Source: a virus (taxonomy: Duplodnaviria; Caudoviricetes). Taken from it: DNA of 27,791 bases. Below, one piece after another: positions 1 through 8,758 of the stretch. How positions within the stretch are numbered: position 1 is the stretch's first letter; each line of letters opens with the position of its first letter. Under the pieces are notes generated by a model. It worked only from the letters and a program-made list of their open reading frames with translations. It made no database searches and was not told where the DNA came from. The position numbers were made by a program, and so were the translations under genes. The stretch is from positions 1-27,791 of IMG/VR virus record IMGVR_UViG_3300012942_000117, one strand, 5' to 3'.

Positions 1-48
1 GGCCGCCGCATGGGCCGCCGCATGGGCCGCCGCATGGGCCGCCGCACG
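1..48 (+). repeat. 12-bp coding tandem repeat GGCCGCCGCATG (3 perfect + 1 variant), truncated by the window edge
   Basis: Seen directly; encodes AAAW units. Confidence 0.9.
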
Positions 49-139
49 GGACGCGGCATGGGTCGCACTCAAGCCGACCGTCATTGAGCTGCAGGCATCC
101 GCGCTGCAGTTGGTTGAACGGATGATCGAGTGCCAGTGA
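1..139 (+). CDS. 3' end of a phage protein with AAAW repeats (partial)
   Basis: Frame from nt 2 reads AAAWAAAWAAAWAAARDAAWVALKPTVIELQASALQLVERMIECQ*; TGA 137-139 overlaps the next ATG (TGATG). Confidence 0.75.
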   Translation, partial: AAAWAAAWAAAWAAARDAAWVALKPTVIELQASALQLVERMIECQ

Positions 140-519
140 TGGCGAAGCGCAGCGAACACGTGGAGGCGGTAACGCTGCTGCGCGTGGTGCGCTTGCATGA
201 GCGCCAGCGACCGGAGCTGGCGCTACTCTTTGCTGTGCCGAACGGCGGCGACCGTAATCCGGTGGTCGCCGCGAAGTTGAAGGCCGAAGGCGTGCGCGCC
301 GGCGTGCCGGATTACCTGCTGCCGGTAGCGCGGCAAGGTTTCCACGGGCTGGCCATCGAGCTCAAGGCCGTGGGCGGCCGCCCATCATCGGAGCAACGCC
401 AGTGGCTGGCCGACCTGGTCGCACAGGGCTGGCGTGCCGAGGTGTGCGTGGGCTGGGGTGCGGCATGGGACGTGTTGAGCGATTACCTGGGGATGACGCA
501 TGAGACGACTGGCAGCTGA
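139..519 (+). CDS. VRR-NUC domain nuclease (PD-(D/E)XK)
   Basis: FAVPNGG..R, LKAEGVRAGVPD, IELK..GGRPS.EQ..W motifs; ATG 139 coupled to upstream stop. Confidence 0.9.
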   Translation: MAKRSEHVEAVTLLRVVRLHERQRPELALLFAVPNGGDRNPVVAAKLKAEGVRAGVPDYLLPVARQGFHGLAIELKAVGGRPSSEQRQWLADLVAQGWRAEVCVGWGAAWDVLSDYLGMTHETTGS

Positions 520-763
520 CCCCGAGTGCGTCGACTGGTTCGCGGTGCTGATCGACCTGCAGCGCCAGGGGATACCGACCTCGTCCGTCGCCTCGCTGCT
601 GGCCATCCCGAAGTCCACGATCCTGGGCTGGAAGCAGGGGGCCGAGCCGCGGCACCGCGACGGCGAGCGGCTGATCGACCTGTGGGTGGGCGTAACCGGC
701 AACGCCCAGGCCAAGCTGCCGCGCATGCGCTCGGCGAATAGTCGGGAATCCGTCCAGGCCTGA
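500..763 (+). CDS. Small HTH DNA-binding protein, candidate late-transcription activator
   Basis: HTH-like SSVASLLAIPKSTILGWKQGAEP; last gene before the virion operon. Confidence 0.7.
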   Translation: MRRLAADPECVDWFAVLIDLQRQGIPTSSVASLLAIPKSTILGWKQGAEPRHRDGERLIDLWVGVTGNAQAKLPRMRSANSRESVQA

Positions 764-773
764 GCAGCACACT
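738..773 (+). promoter_or_regulatory. Late-promoter box 1 (ATAGTCGGGAATCCG, 15 nt, CACACT)
   Basis: One of four near-identical boxes, upstream of the first virion-operon gene. Confidence 0.7.
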
Positions 774-804
774 CGCGAGCGAATCCCCACGCGAGGCCCC
801 GCCC

Positions 805-1164
805 ATGCCCACCCCCGACCTGCAGCCCCAAGTCCCCGGCGAGCAGCCGGCAAGTCAGCCGCCCGAGGCCACCGGTAACCCGGCCATCGACCTGCCGGCC
901 ATCGCCGAGCTAGCCATCCCGGAGCTCGAAGCGCAGCTGAGCGGACTGTCGGTCGAGGAGCTGCTGGCCCTGGAGACGCTTGAGGTCGACGGCAAGAACC
1001 GGGCTGGTGCGCTGGCATCCATCGCCGCCGAGATCGACGCCCGGCAGGCCGCGCAGGCCGTCGCGGCGAAGAAGGCTGCGAAGCAGGCCGAAAAGGCCAA
1101 GCCCGATTACAGCCGCCCCGTGCTGACCAAAGATGGCTGGCTGGTACCGGAGCCCAAGGCCTGA
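805..1164 (+). CDS. Hypothetical phage protein with small helical motif (LLALE..EVDGKNRAGAL)
   Basis: GAGG RBS, typical codon use, first gene after box 1. Confidence 0.75.
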   Translation: MPTPDLQPQVPGEQPASQPPEATGNPAIDLPAIAELAIPELEAQLSGLSVEELLALETLEVDGKNRAGALASIAAEIDARQAAQAVAAKKAAKQAEKAKPDYSRPVLTKDGWLVPEPKA

Positions 1165-1166
1165 GC

Positions 1167-1454
1167 ATGTGCGGCTCGACGAAAGCGCCGAAGGTCGTGC
1201 AGGACGACCCGGTCGCCGACCAGGCTGCAGCGGACGCCAAGTCCACGCAGGAGGCCAACAGCCAGCTCGCCTTGCGCCGCAAGCAGCGTGCCCAGAACAG
1301 CCTGCTGACCATCGGCATGCAGGGCACCAAGCCCGGGACCGTCACCCCGTACAACCTGCTGGGCGCAGCCGTGACGCCCGGCGCCACGCTGGCTCCCGCA
1401 AGCACGTTCGCGCAGAACCTGGTGCGTCCGGCATCCACGAAGCTGGGGCTGTGA
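1167..1454 (+). CDS. Small pre-portal virion/assembly protein
   Basis: MCG start, basic RRKQR..SLL segment, position directly before the portal as in T7-like podoviruses. Confidence 0.7.
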   Translation: MCGSTKAPKVVQDDPVADQAAADAKSTQEANSQLALRRKQRAQNSLLTIGMQGTKPGTVTPYNLLGAAVTPGATLAPASTFAQNLVRPASTKLGL

Positions 1455-1457
1455 TCC

Positions 1458-3062
1458 ATGGCCGCTGACGCCAGCAAAATCTGTAAGCGCCTGGGTGAGC
1501 TCAAGGCCGCCCGCTCGCCGCACGAGCAGGTCTGGCGCGACTGCTACGACTTCACGCACCCGCTGCGCGCCGACGGCTTCAGCGGTAGCATCGTCGACGC
1601 CCAACAGGGTCTCAACCGCAAGGCGCGGCTGGTCGACGGCACGGCCACCGACAGCGCCCGCATGCTGGCCAGCGCCATCATGTCCGGCCTGACGCCCAGC
1701 AATGCGCTCTGGTTCCAACTCGACGCGGACAATCAGACGCAGGAGGAGGCGCAGTTCTTCGACACGGCGGCGCGCACCCTGTGGCTGAACATCCACCAGG
1801 CCAACTTCGACGCCGAGGCCTACGAGTGCTGCCTGGACATCGTCGATGCCGGATGGTTCGTGCTGTTCATCGACGAGGACCGGCAGCGCGGCGGGCTCAC
1901 GTTCGAGCAGTGGCCCATCTCCGGCTGCTACGTCACCAGCACCCGCGCAGATGGCGTGGTGGACACGATCTACCGCGAATACCAGCTGACCGCTGCGGCT
2001 GCCGTGGCCGAGTTCGGCGAGGACGCGCTGAGCAAGGAGACCGTCGAGCTCGCGCAGAAGCGGCCGGACGAGAAGGTCCAGTTCGTCTACGTGATCGAGC
2101 CGCGCACGCCGCACGTGGTGGGCGCCAAGCTCGCCAAGAACTTGCCGTTCGCCGCCATCGTGGTCGAGGCCAAGACCAAGACAGTGGTGCGCGAGTCCGG
2201 CTTCCACGAGTTCCCGTGCGCCGTGCCGCGGTGGATGAAGATCCCCAACACCAGCTACGGCGTTGGCCCGGTCTACGATGCGCTGCCCGACATCCGCATG
2301 CTCAACGAGCTGAAGGGCATGGAGCTGGCGAACGCTGACATAGGCATCGCCGGCATGTGGATCGCCGAAGACGACGGGGTGCTCAACCCGCATACGATCA
2401 AGATCGGGCCGCGCAAGATCATCGTCGCCAACTCCGTCGAGTCGATGAAGGAATTGAAGGGCGGCGGCGACTGGCAACTGGCCGACTTCCTCGTAACTGG
2501 TCTGCAGGCGGCCATCCGCAAGGTGCTGATGAGCGACCAGCTGCAGCCGCATGACGGCCCGGCGATGACCGCGACCGAGGTGCACGTGCGCGTGCAGCTG
2601 ATCCGGCAGCTACTGGGTCCGATCTACGGGCGCCTGCAGGCCGAATACCTGCGCCAGGTCGTGGAGCGGTGCTTCGGCCTGGCGCTGCGTGCGGGCGCGC
2701 TGCCGCCGGTGCCGCCGTCCCTGGCCGGGCGCGACTACGCGGTGAAGTACGTGAGCCCGATGGCGCGCGCGCAGAAGCTCGAGGATGTGACCGCAGTCGA
2801 GCGCCTGTTCCTCAACCTGGGCCAGCTGGCGCAGGCCACGCAGGACCCGACCGTGTTCGACCAGGTGGACACCGGCAAGGCCATCGAGGTCACTGCCGAG
2901 GGCTTGGGCGTGCCAGCCGGCATCCTGCGCACGCCCGAGCAGGTGCGGGCCATCGCCGCGCAACGGGCGCAGCAGCAGAAGCAGGCCCAGGCCGAGGCCC
3001 TGGCCGCGCAGACCACCCAGGTGGGTGCCGAGGCGATGGCGAAGAAGCAGGCCACCGCATGA
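1458..3062 (+). CDS. Portal (head-tail connector) protein
   Basis: 534 aa; ESGFHEFP..VPRW, YGVGP, MTATEV, YVSPMARAQK motifs of the T7/BPP-1-type connector. Confidence 0.93.
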   Translation: MAADASKICKRLGELKAARSPHEQVWRDCYDFTHPLRADGFSGSIVDAQQGLNRKARLVDGTATDSARMLASAIMSGLTPSNALWFQLDADNQTQEEAQFFDTAARTLWLNIHQANFDAEAYECCLDIVDAGWFVLFIDEDRQRGGLTFEQWPISGCYVTSTRADGVVDTIYREYQLTAAAAVAEFGEDALSKETVELAQKRPDEKVQFVYVIEPRTPHVVGAKLAKNLPFAAIVVEAKTKTVVRESGFHEFPCAVPRWMKIPNTSYGVGPVYDALPDIRMLNELKGMELANADIGIAGMWIAEDDGVLNPHTIKIGPRKIIVANSVESMKELKGGGDWQLADFLVTGLQAAIRKVLMSDQLQPHDGPAMTATEVHVRVQLIRQLLGPIYGRLQAEYLRQVVERCFGLALRAGALPPVPPSLAGRDYAVKYVSPMARAQKLEDVTAVERLFLNLGQLAQATQDPTVFDQVDTGKAIEVTAEGLGVPAGILRTPEQVRAIAAQRAQQQKQAQAEALAAQTTQVGAEAMAKKQATA

Positions 3063-3307
3063 ACGACCGCCCCGAACCCCTGGCGCCCGAGGTCTACGCC
3101 CGTGTGTTCGAGAACCATGCTGAGGGCGCACAGATCCTCGAGGACCTGATCCGCCGTTTCCACCGGCCAGCGGTCACCGCCGGCGGTATTGACGCCATCC
3201 TGGCCACCTACCACCGCGAGGGCGCCCGCGCCGTCGTGGATTTCATCGTCAACCGCATCAACCAAGCCCACGGAGTACCCATCGATGAACCACTGGACGA
3301 GGCTTAA
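3059..3307 (+). CDS. Bbp19-like small protein
   Basis: ATGA overlap with portal; YARVFE..EGAQILEDL..RF...YHREGARAVV.FI pattern; portal-scaffold position. Confidence 0.75.
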   Translation: MNDRPEPLAPEVYARVFENHAEGAQILEDLIRRFHRPAVTAGGIDAILATYHREGARAVVDFIVNRINQAHGVPIDEPLDEA

Positions 3308-4223
3308 CCGTGTCTACCAGTCACCTGCAGATGCTGGCGGCGGCGGTGGCTCTGGCGCTGCCACCGGAGGCGACGGTGCGCAAGGTCAACCGGCTGCTGG
3401 CGCAGCAGCGACAGGCGGTGAAGGTGCCGCCACGCCCGCGGCTGGGCAAGCTGGACAAAGCACCTCGGAGTCGCTGCTACAGCAAGGGGCGGGAAGTGCG
3501 GGAACGGATTACCTGCCCGAAAAATTCCGCGTCGCGAAGGAAGATGGTTCGATCGATGTCGACGCCTCCGCGCGAAAGCTAGCGGCAAGCTACGTCGAGC
3601 TGGAGAAGACCCGGCCCCGTGGCACGACGCCCAAGACGCCCGAGGAATACAAGATCGACGGCTTGCCCGAAGGGGTGGACTTCGAGGCGGTCAAGAAAGA
3701 CCCGCTGTTCACCGGCTTCCTGAAGGGCGCGCACGCACGCGGCATGACAAACGACGACGTGAGTTATGCGCTCGGCGAATACTTCAAGCTGGCACCGGAG
3801 CTGCTGAAGGCCAACCAGCAGATGGGTGCCGAGGAAGCCAAGGCCGCGCTGGCCAAGGTGTGGACCGGCGGCGACCAGGTGGTGACGCAGAACCTCGGCT
3901 TGGCCATGCGTGCAGTGAAGGGATTCGGCACCGAGGGCGACGTGCCCGGCGGCATCGAGCGCCTGACCGCGAAGTACGGCAACGACCCCGACTTCCTGGC
4001 CTTCGCCGCCAAGGTCGGCAAGGAGATGCAGGAAGACCAACCCATCCGCGACGGCACGCCGGCGGCGCAGGACTGGGACGGGCAGGTGGCCGCGATCAAG
4101 GCTCACCCGGCATACACCAATGCCGACCACCCCGAGCACAAGATCCTCGTGCAGAAGATGAAGACGTTGTACGACGCCCGCTACGGCAAGGCGAAGCAGC
4201 ACCTGGGCACCGTCGCCGCGTAG
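3285..4223 (+). CDS. Capsid scaffolding protein
   Basis: GGAG RBS before ATG 3285; Gly/Ala-rich N-terminus, LPEKF, P.TPEEY, GNDPDF, AY....HPEH motifs; lies before the capsid gene. Confidence 0.82.
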   Translation: MNHWTRLNRVYQSPADAGGGGGSGAATGGDGAQGQPAAGAAATGGEGAATPAAGQAGQSTSESLLQQGAGSAGTDYLPEKFRVAKEDGSIDVDASARKLAASYVELEKTRPRGTTPKTPEEYKIDGLPEGVDFEAVKKDPLFTGFLKGAHARGMTNDDVSYALGEYFKLAPELLKANQQMGAEEAKAALAKVWTGGDQVVTQNLGLAMRAVKGFGTEGDVPGGIERLTAKYGNDPDFLAFAAKVGKEMQEDQPIRDGTPAAQDWDGQVAAIKAHPAYTNADHPEHKILVQKMKTLYDARYGKAKQHLGTVAA

Positions 4224-4250
4224 CCGAACTCAACCACCTGCCGATACCCG

Positions 4251-4278
4251 AAGAGCCCGCGCGCGTCGCGGGCTTTTT
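4251..4278 (+). terminator. Rho-independent terminator after scaffold
   Basis: Stem AGCCCGCG/CGCGGGCT followed by a T run. Confidence 0.8.
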
Positions 4279-4290
4279 CGTGCACCCGAA

Positions 4291-4325
4291 ATAGTCGGGA
4301 TTCCGACTCGTGACGCGTGGAAACT
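4291..4325 (+). promoter_or_regulatory. Late-promoter box 2 (ATAGTCGGGATTCCG, 14 nt, GAAACT)
   Basis: Repeat of the box directly after the terminator, upstream of the capsid gene; AGTCGG/CCGACT inverted repeat. Confidence 0.75.
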
Positions 4326-4336
4326 CCATGCGCATG

Positions 4337-4420
4337 CGGCCCCAGGTGGCACTGGGACAACCGTCGCAGCCCGCGAGACCGCGCCGCGCGAACGTCATGG
4401 CCCACTGCGGTGGACAACCG
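4337..4420 (+). promoter_or_regulatory. Tandem structured RNA elements in the capsid 5' leader
   Basis: Two hairpins of the form YGG-C-[stem-loop]-ACAA-CCG at 4337-4363 and 4398-4420. Confidence 0.55.
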
Positions 4421-4458
4421 GACAGGCACGAAACCCACCATCACTTCGGAGCAACATC

Positions 4459-5325
4459 ATGGCAGGCGATATCACCGAAGCGTTCGTGCAGCAGTTCGCT
4501 GACAACTTCGTGCACGTAGCGCAGCAGAAGAAGTCCCGTTTCGAAACCGCGGTTGCCATCGAAGGCAACATCGTCGGCATGTCCAAGTCGATCAACCGGC
4601 TGGGCCAGCGCACCGCGCAGCGCCGACTGGTGCGACACGGCGATACCCCGATCAACGATCAGCTGTTCTCGACCCGCTACGTCGACCTGTTCGACTGGGA
4701 AGACGGCGACATGGTCGACGACCAGGACAAGATTCGCATGCTGGTGGACCCGACCAGCGACGAAGTCCAGGCCATGGTCGCGAGCATGAACCGGGCGAAG
4801 GACGACATCATCATCGGCGCCCTGGGCGGCAACGCCCGCAGCTCTGCCGGCAATGTGGCGCTGCCCAGCTCGCAGAAGATCGCGGTCGGCACCAGCGGCC
4901 TCACGAAGGCCAAGATCATCCAGGCCAAGCAGATGTTCCGCGCGAACGAGGCGGACGAGGAAGCGGGCGAGGAGCTCTACATCGGCTACAGCTCGCAGGC
5001 CCTGGGCGACGTGCTGAACGACACCACGCTCACCAGTGCTGACTTCATGGCAGCGAAGATGCTGCAGGAAGGCACACTCAAGGGCACGTGGCTGGGCTTC
5101 CGGTGGATTCCGTCCGAACGCTTCGTGCTGAGCGGCACCACCCGCTACCTGTATGCCTGGGCGAAGTCCGGCATGCGGCTCGGCATCGGCCGGGACATCA
5201 CCACCCGCGTGGGTGAGGACCCGGGCAAGGGCTTCAACGTGCGCATCTACGCCAAGCAGTCGCTGGGCGCGGTGCGTGTTGAAGAGGAAAAGGTCGTCGA
5301 GATCGCGTGCAAGGAGGGGGGCTGA
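4459..5325 (+). CDS. Major capsid protein
   Basis: 288 aa; FVQQF..N....AQQ..SR, D.QDKIRMLVDPTS, R..DDIII, GAVRVEE.KVV motifs; GGAG RBS. Confidence 0.9.
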   Translation: MAGDITEAFVQQFADNFVHVAQQKKSRFETAVAIEGNIVGMSKSINRLGQRTAQRRLVRHGDTPINDQLFSTRYVDLFDWEDGDMVDDQDKIRMLVDPTSDEVQAMVASMNRAKDDIIIGALGGNARSSAGNVALPSSQKIAVGTSGLTKAKIIQAKQMFRANEADEEAGEELYIGYSSQALGDVLNDTTLTSADFMAAKMLQEGTLKGTWLGFRWIPSERFVLSGTTRYLYAWAKSGMRLGIGRDITTRVGEDPGKGFNVRIYAKQSLGAVRVEEEKVVEIACKEGG

Positions 5326-5394
5326 TCGCATCGGAGCGCCTGGTGACCCCGGGCACTTCGCCAGCTTTCCCACCACCATTCAGAGGACAACACC

Positions 5395-5907
5395 ATGGCA
5401 GTTGAAGCAATCAAGAGCACTTCCATTACGGCTCTCGACGCCCCTTCGCCGGACCAGGCCAACGCCGTCACGACCAAGCTCAACGGTGCCCGGCTCAAGG
5501 AAACCGTGGGCTATGCCGCGGTCGCCAACGCCGCGTCAATCGGTTCCACCTACCGGCTGGCCCGCGTGTCCAGTTCGGTGCGCATCTCGCAGCTGCTGCT
5601 GAGCTGCAGCGCCATCACCTCGGCCACGGCGGACATCGGCGTGTACGAGACGGCGGCCAACGGCGGGGCGGCGGTGGATGCCGACCTGTTCGCCTCGGCG
5701 CAGGCCGTGTCCAGCGCGCTGGTCAACAGCGACGTGACGCACGAGGCGGGCACCTACGCGATCACTGACGTCGAGAAACCGCTGTGGCAGGCCCTGGGGC
5801 TCACCAAGGACCCCGGGAAGCTGTACGACATTGCGGCCACGCTGACCGCGGCGGCGACCGCGGCTGGAAACATCGGCCTCAAGGTCCGATTTGCGGACGG
5901 GAACTGA
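5395..5907 (+). CDS. Putative capsid decoration/cement protein
   Basis: 170 aa beta-rich protein directly after the capsid gene, before a strong terminator; GAGGA RBS. Confidence 0.65.
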   Translation: MAVEAIKSTSITALDAPSPDQANAVTTKLNGARLKETVGYAAVANAASIGSTYRLARVSSSVRISQLLLSCSAITSATADIGVYETAANGGAAVDADLFASAQAVSSALVNSDVTHEAGTYAITDVEKPLWQALGLTKDPGKLYDIAATLTAAATAAGNIGLKVRFADGN

Positions 5908-5941
5908 TCCCGGCCTCGCCTGCAACAGGTGGCAGTGAGCT

Positions 5942-5974
5942 GACCGGGCGGCTGGCAACGCCCGGTCTTTTTTT
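5942..5974 (+). terminator. Rho-independent terminator after the head genes
   Basis: 9-bp stem GACCGGGCG/CGCCCGGTC plus T7. Confidence 0.9.
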
Positions 5975-5985
5975 GAGGAGCCGGC

Positions 5986-6579
5986 ATGGGACCGATCGAT
6001 ATCTGTTCGAACGCGCTGCTGATGCTCGGCGCCAAACCCATTGCGAGCTTCGATGAGTCCGCCGGAGATGCGAACCTCGACCGGGCGCGGCTGTGCGCCA
6101 ACCTCTACCCCATGGTGCGCCTGGCGCTGCTGCGCAGCCATCCCTGGAACTGCGCCGTGACCCGGGTGCAGCTCTCGCCCGACGCCACGCCGCCGGCCTT
6201 CGGCTGGCAGAACCGCTTCCAACTGCCCAGCGACTGGCTGCGCACGCTTGAGGTCGGGAATGGTGTGCGCCTGACCTTCCGCAGCGAGGGCCGCTACATC
6301 CTGTGCAACGAGGCGGTGTTCCCGCTGGTCTACCTGCGCGACGTGGCTGAGGGCGACTGGGACGCGATGCTGGTGCAGGCCGCGACCCAGGCCATGGCTG
6401 TTCGCTTGGCGTACCCCATCACCGCCTCGAGCGCGGTGGAGCAGGCGCGCTACACCGAGTTCCAGAACTTCATGAAACAGGCGCGTTCGGTCGACGGTCA
6501 GGACGATCCGCCGCAGACGCTGGGCGACTTCCCACTGCTGGCCAGCCGCTTCGGTGCCGGCCTGGGCTCGGGTGGCTGA
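5986..6579 (+). CDS. Tail tubular protein A (adaptor)
   Basis: IDICSNALLMLG..PI.SF, LLRSHPWN.A, FQLPSDWLR motifs; GAGGAG RBS. Confidence 0.85.
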   Translation: MGPIDICSNALLMLGAKPIASFDESAGDANLDRARLCANLYPMVRLALLRSHPWNCAVTRVQLSPDATPPAFGWQNRFQLPSDWLRTLEVGNGVRLTFRSEGRYILCNEAVFPLVYLRDVAEGDWDAMLVQAATQAMAVRLAYPITASSAVEQARYTEFQNFMKQARSVDGQDDPPQTLGDFPLLASRFGAGLGSGG

Positions 6580-6583
6580 GTCC

Positions 6584-8758
6584 ATGCCGCGCCTCACCGT
6601 CGTCCAGACGAACTTCACCGCCGGCGAGATCACGCCGCGACTGTATGGGCGCGTCGACATCGACCGCTACCGCAACGCGGCCAAGACCCTGGAGAACGTC
6701 GTCATCCTGCCCCAGGGTGGGGTAGGGCGCCGCGACGGCTTGAGCTTCGTGGCGCCAGCCAAGCATGCCGACAAGAAGGCGGTGCTGATCCCGTACGTGT
6801 TCAACGAAGACCAGGCCTACGTGCTCGAGGTCGGTGATGCTTACATCCGCGTGTTCAAGACCGATGCCACGCAGGTCATGGCTGACGCGGTGCCGTACGA
6901 GGTGCAAACCAGCTACGCCGAAGCCGATGTTGCCGCGCTCGATTACTGTCAGGGTGCGGACACCATGTTCCTGATGCACCAGGACTACGTCACCTCGCGC
7001 CTGCGCCGCTTCGCCGACAACGCCTGGGTGTTCGACCAAGTGCCGTGGATCGTGCAGCCGTTCGACGAGATCGGCAGCAGTCCGACGCTGACCCTGGCCA
7101 TCGATGACGCGAGCGCCGGCACCGGCCGCACCTTCACCGCCAGCGACAGCGCGTTCTACGCCGCCGACGTCGGCCGGGAAATCCACGCCCAAGGTGGCAT
7201 TGCCACGATCACCAGCGTGACCAGCGCCACCGTCGCCGTCGGCACGATCACCACGCCGTTCCAGGGCACCAGCATCGCCGCCGGCCTCTGGACCATCACC
7301 GGCTCGCCGCAGACCACGGTCACGCCGTCGGTGGCCACGCCGGTGGGCGCTTCCGTCACGCTCACCCTGGCCGCCGCCGGCTGGCGCGCCGAGGACGTAG
7401 GCAAGTTCGTCGACTTGAACGGCGGCCTGGTGCAAATCACCAGCATCACCTCGTCGACCGTTGCGGTCGGCACCATCCACGCGGAGCTCGCCTCTGATGT
7501 CGCATCGGAGCCCCTGGCATGGATCCTCGAAGGCAGCGTGTGGGGGGGCCTGAACGGGCACCCGCGCACCGGGACGTTCTTCCAGCAGCGATTGTGGTTG
7601 GCTGGCTCGCCGGGCTTCCCACAGAGCGCGTGGGGGTCGCGTATCGGCGAATACTACAACTTCGAGCTCGGCGTGCTGGACACGGACGCCCTGGTGGTGG
7701 GGGTGGTTTCCGATGAGCTGAACCCGATCGTCAACCTGTCGCAGATCGACGTGCTGATCCCGATGACCTACGGCGGGGAGTTCACGATCCGCGGCGGGAA
7801 CGACGCGCCAGTGACCCCCACCAACGGCACGGTTAACGTGCAGTCGAACTTCGGCTGCAACCTGGTGCGGCCGGTGAGGGTCGGCAATGAGCTGATCTTC
7901 GTTGAGCGGGGCGGCCGGAAGATCCGCGCGATGTCGGCCGACAACATCAACATCGACAAGTACGGAGCCCCGGACATCACGGTGCTCTCGGCGCACGTGA
8001 CCATCGGCGGCATCACCGGCATGGCCTACCGCGCCCAGCCCGACCCGCTGTTGTACTGCGTGCGCGGTGACGGCGTGGTGCCGACGTGCACCATCGACCG
8101 CGACCAGGACCTGGTCGGTTGGACCCGCATCGTCACCGACGGCGTGGTCGAGTCCATCTGCCGCGTGCCGGTGGCTAGCGGTGACCAGGTGTGGGCGCTG
8201 GTCAAGCGCACGATCAACGGCCAGGACGTGCGCTACGTCGAGCGCTTCACGCAGGACGTGATGACCGACTCGGCCAAGGTGCAGACCGACGCCACCGGCA
8301 AGGACACCTGGGATGGCCTGGATCACCTGGAGGGCCGCACGGTCGTCGTCAAGGCTGACGGCGTGGCCATGGCCAACCGGGTGGTGCGCCAGGGTGCTAT
8401 CACCATCGAGCGACCGGCCAAGAAGCTGGAAGCCGGCATCGGCTTCGTGCCGCGGGTCGAGGCGCTGCGTCCGGAGCTGCAGGGCAGCGAGGGCAGCGTG
8501 CAGGCCAGCAACATGCGCGTGTCCGAACTCACCTGCCGCTTCCTGCTGACCACCGGCGCCACGGTCAACGGCGCGCCGATCTTCGCCCGCCAGACAGGCC
8601 TGGGCGTGCTCGACCAGCCGCCGCCGGTCGTGAGCGGCGACGTGCGCATCGAAACGCTGGGCTGGGACAAGGGCCAGTGGAACCTGGTCATCGAGCAGCC
8701 GTTGCCGTACCCGTTCCACCTGCAGGCGATCATCGCCGTGCTGACGGTGAACCCATGA
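6584..8758 (+). CDS. Tail tubular protein B (nozzle)
   Basis: QTNFTAGEITP.L.GR.D, PQGG..RR.G, FFQQRLWLAG, W.SRIG.Y.NF motifs. Confidence 0.88.
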   Translation: MPRLTVVQTNFTAGEITPRLYGRVDIDRYRNAAKTLENVVILPQGGVGRRDGLSFVAPAKHADKKAVLIPYVFNEDQAYVLEVGDAYIRVFKTDATQVMADAVPYEVQTSYAEADVAALDYCQGADTMFLMHQDYVTSRLRRFADNAWVFDQVPWIVQPFDEIGSSPTLTLAIDDASAGTGRTFTASDSAFYAADVGREIHAQGGIATITSVTSATVAVGTITTPFQGTSIAAGLWTITGSPQTTVTPSVATPVGASVTLTLAAAGWRAEDVGKFVDLNGGLVQITSITSSTVAVGTIHAELASDVASEPLAWILEGSVWGGLNGHPRTGTFFQQRLWLAGSPGFPQSAWGSRIGEYYNFELGVLDTDALVVGVVSDELNPIVNLSQIDVLIPMTYGGEFTIRGGNDAPVTPTNGTVNVQSNFGCNLVRPVRVGNELIFVERGGRKIRAMSADNINIDKYGAPDITVLSAHVTIGGITGMAYRAQPDPLLYCVRGDGVVPTCTIDRDQDLVGWTRIVTDGVVESICRVPVASGDQVWALVKRTINGQDVRYVERFTQDVMTDSAKVQTDATGKDTWDGLDHLEGRTVVVKADGVAMANRVVRQGAITIERPAKKLEAGIGFVPRVEALRPELQGSEGSVQASNMRVSELTCRFLLTTGATVNGAPIFARQTGLGVLDQPPPVVSGDVRIETLGWDKGQWNLVIEQPLPYPFHLQAIIAVLTVNP

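Noticed and set aside
1-48. CRISPR array
   Set aside because: Contiguous 12-bp coding repeats with no spacers
5316-5325. G GGG GGC run at the capsid stop as a T7 10B-like frameshift site
   Set aside because: The -1 frame adds only about 28 unremarkable residues; in-frame read-through meets another stop at 5344 and does not fuse to the next gene
6253-6263. Fifth late box (GTCGGGAATGG)
   Set aside because: Lacks the ATA prefix and the CCG half of the dyad; mid-gene
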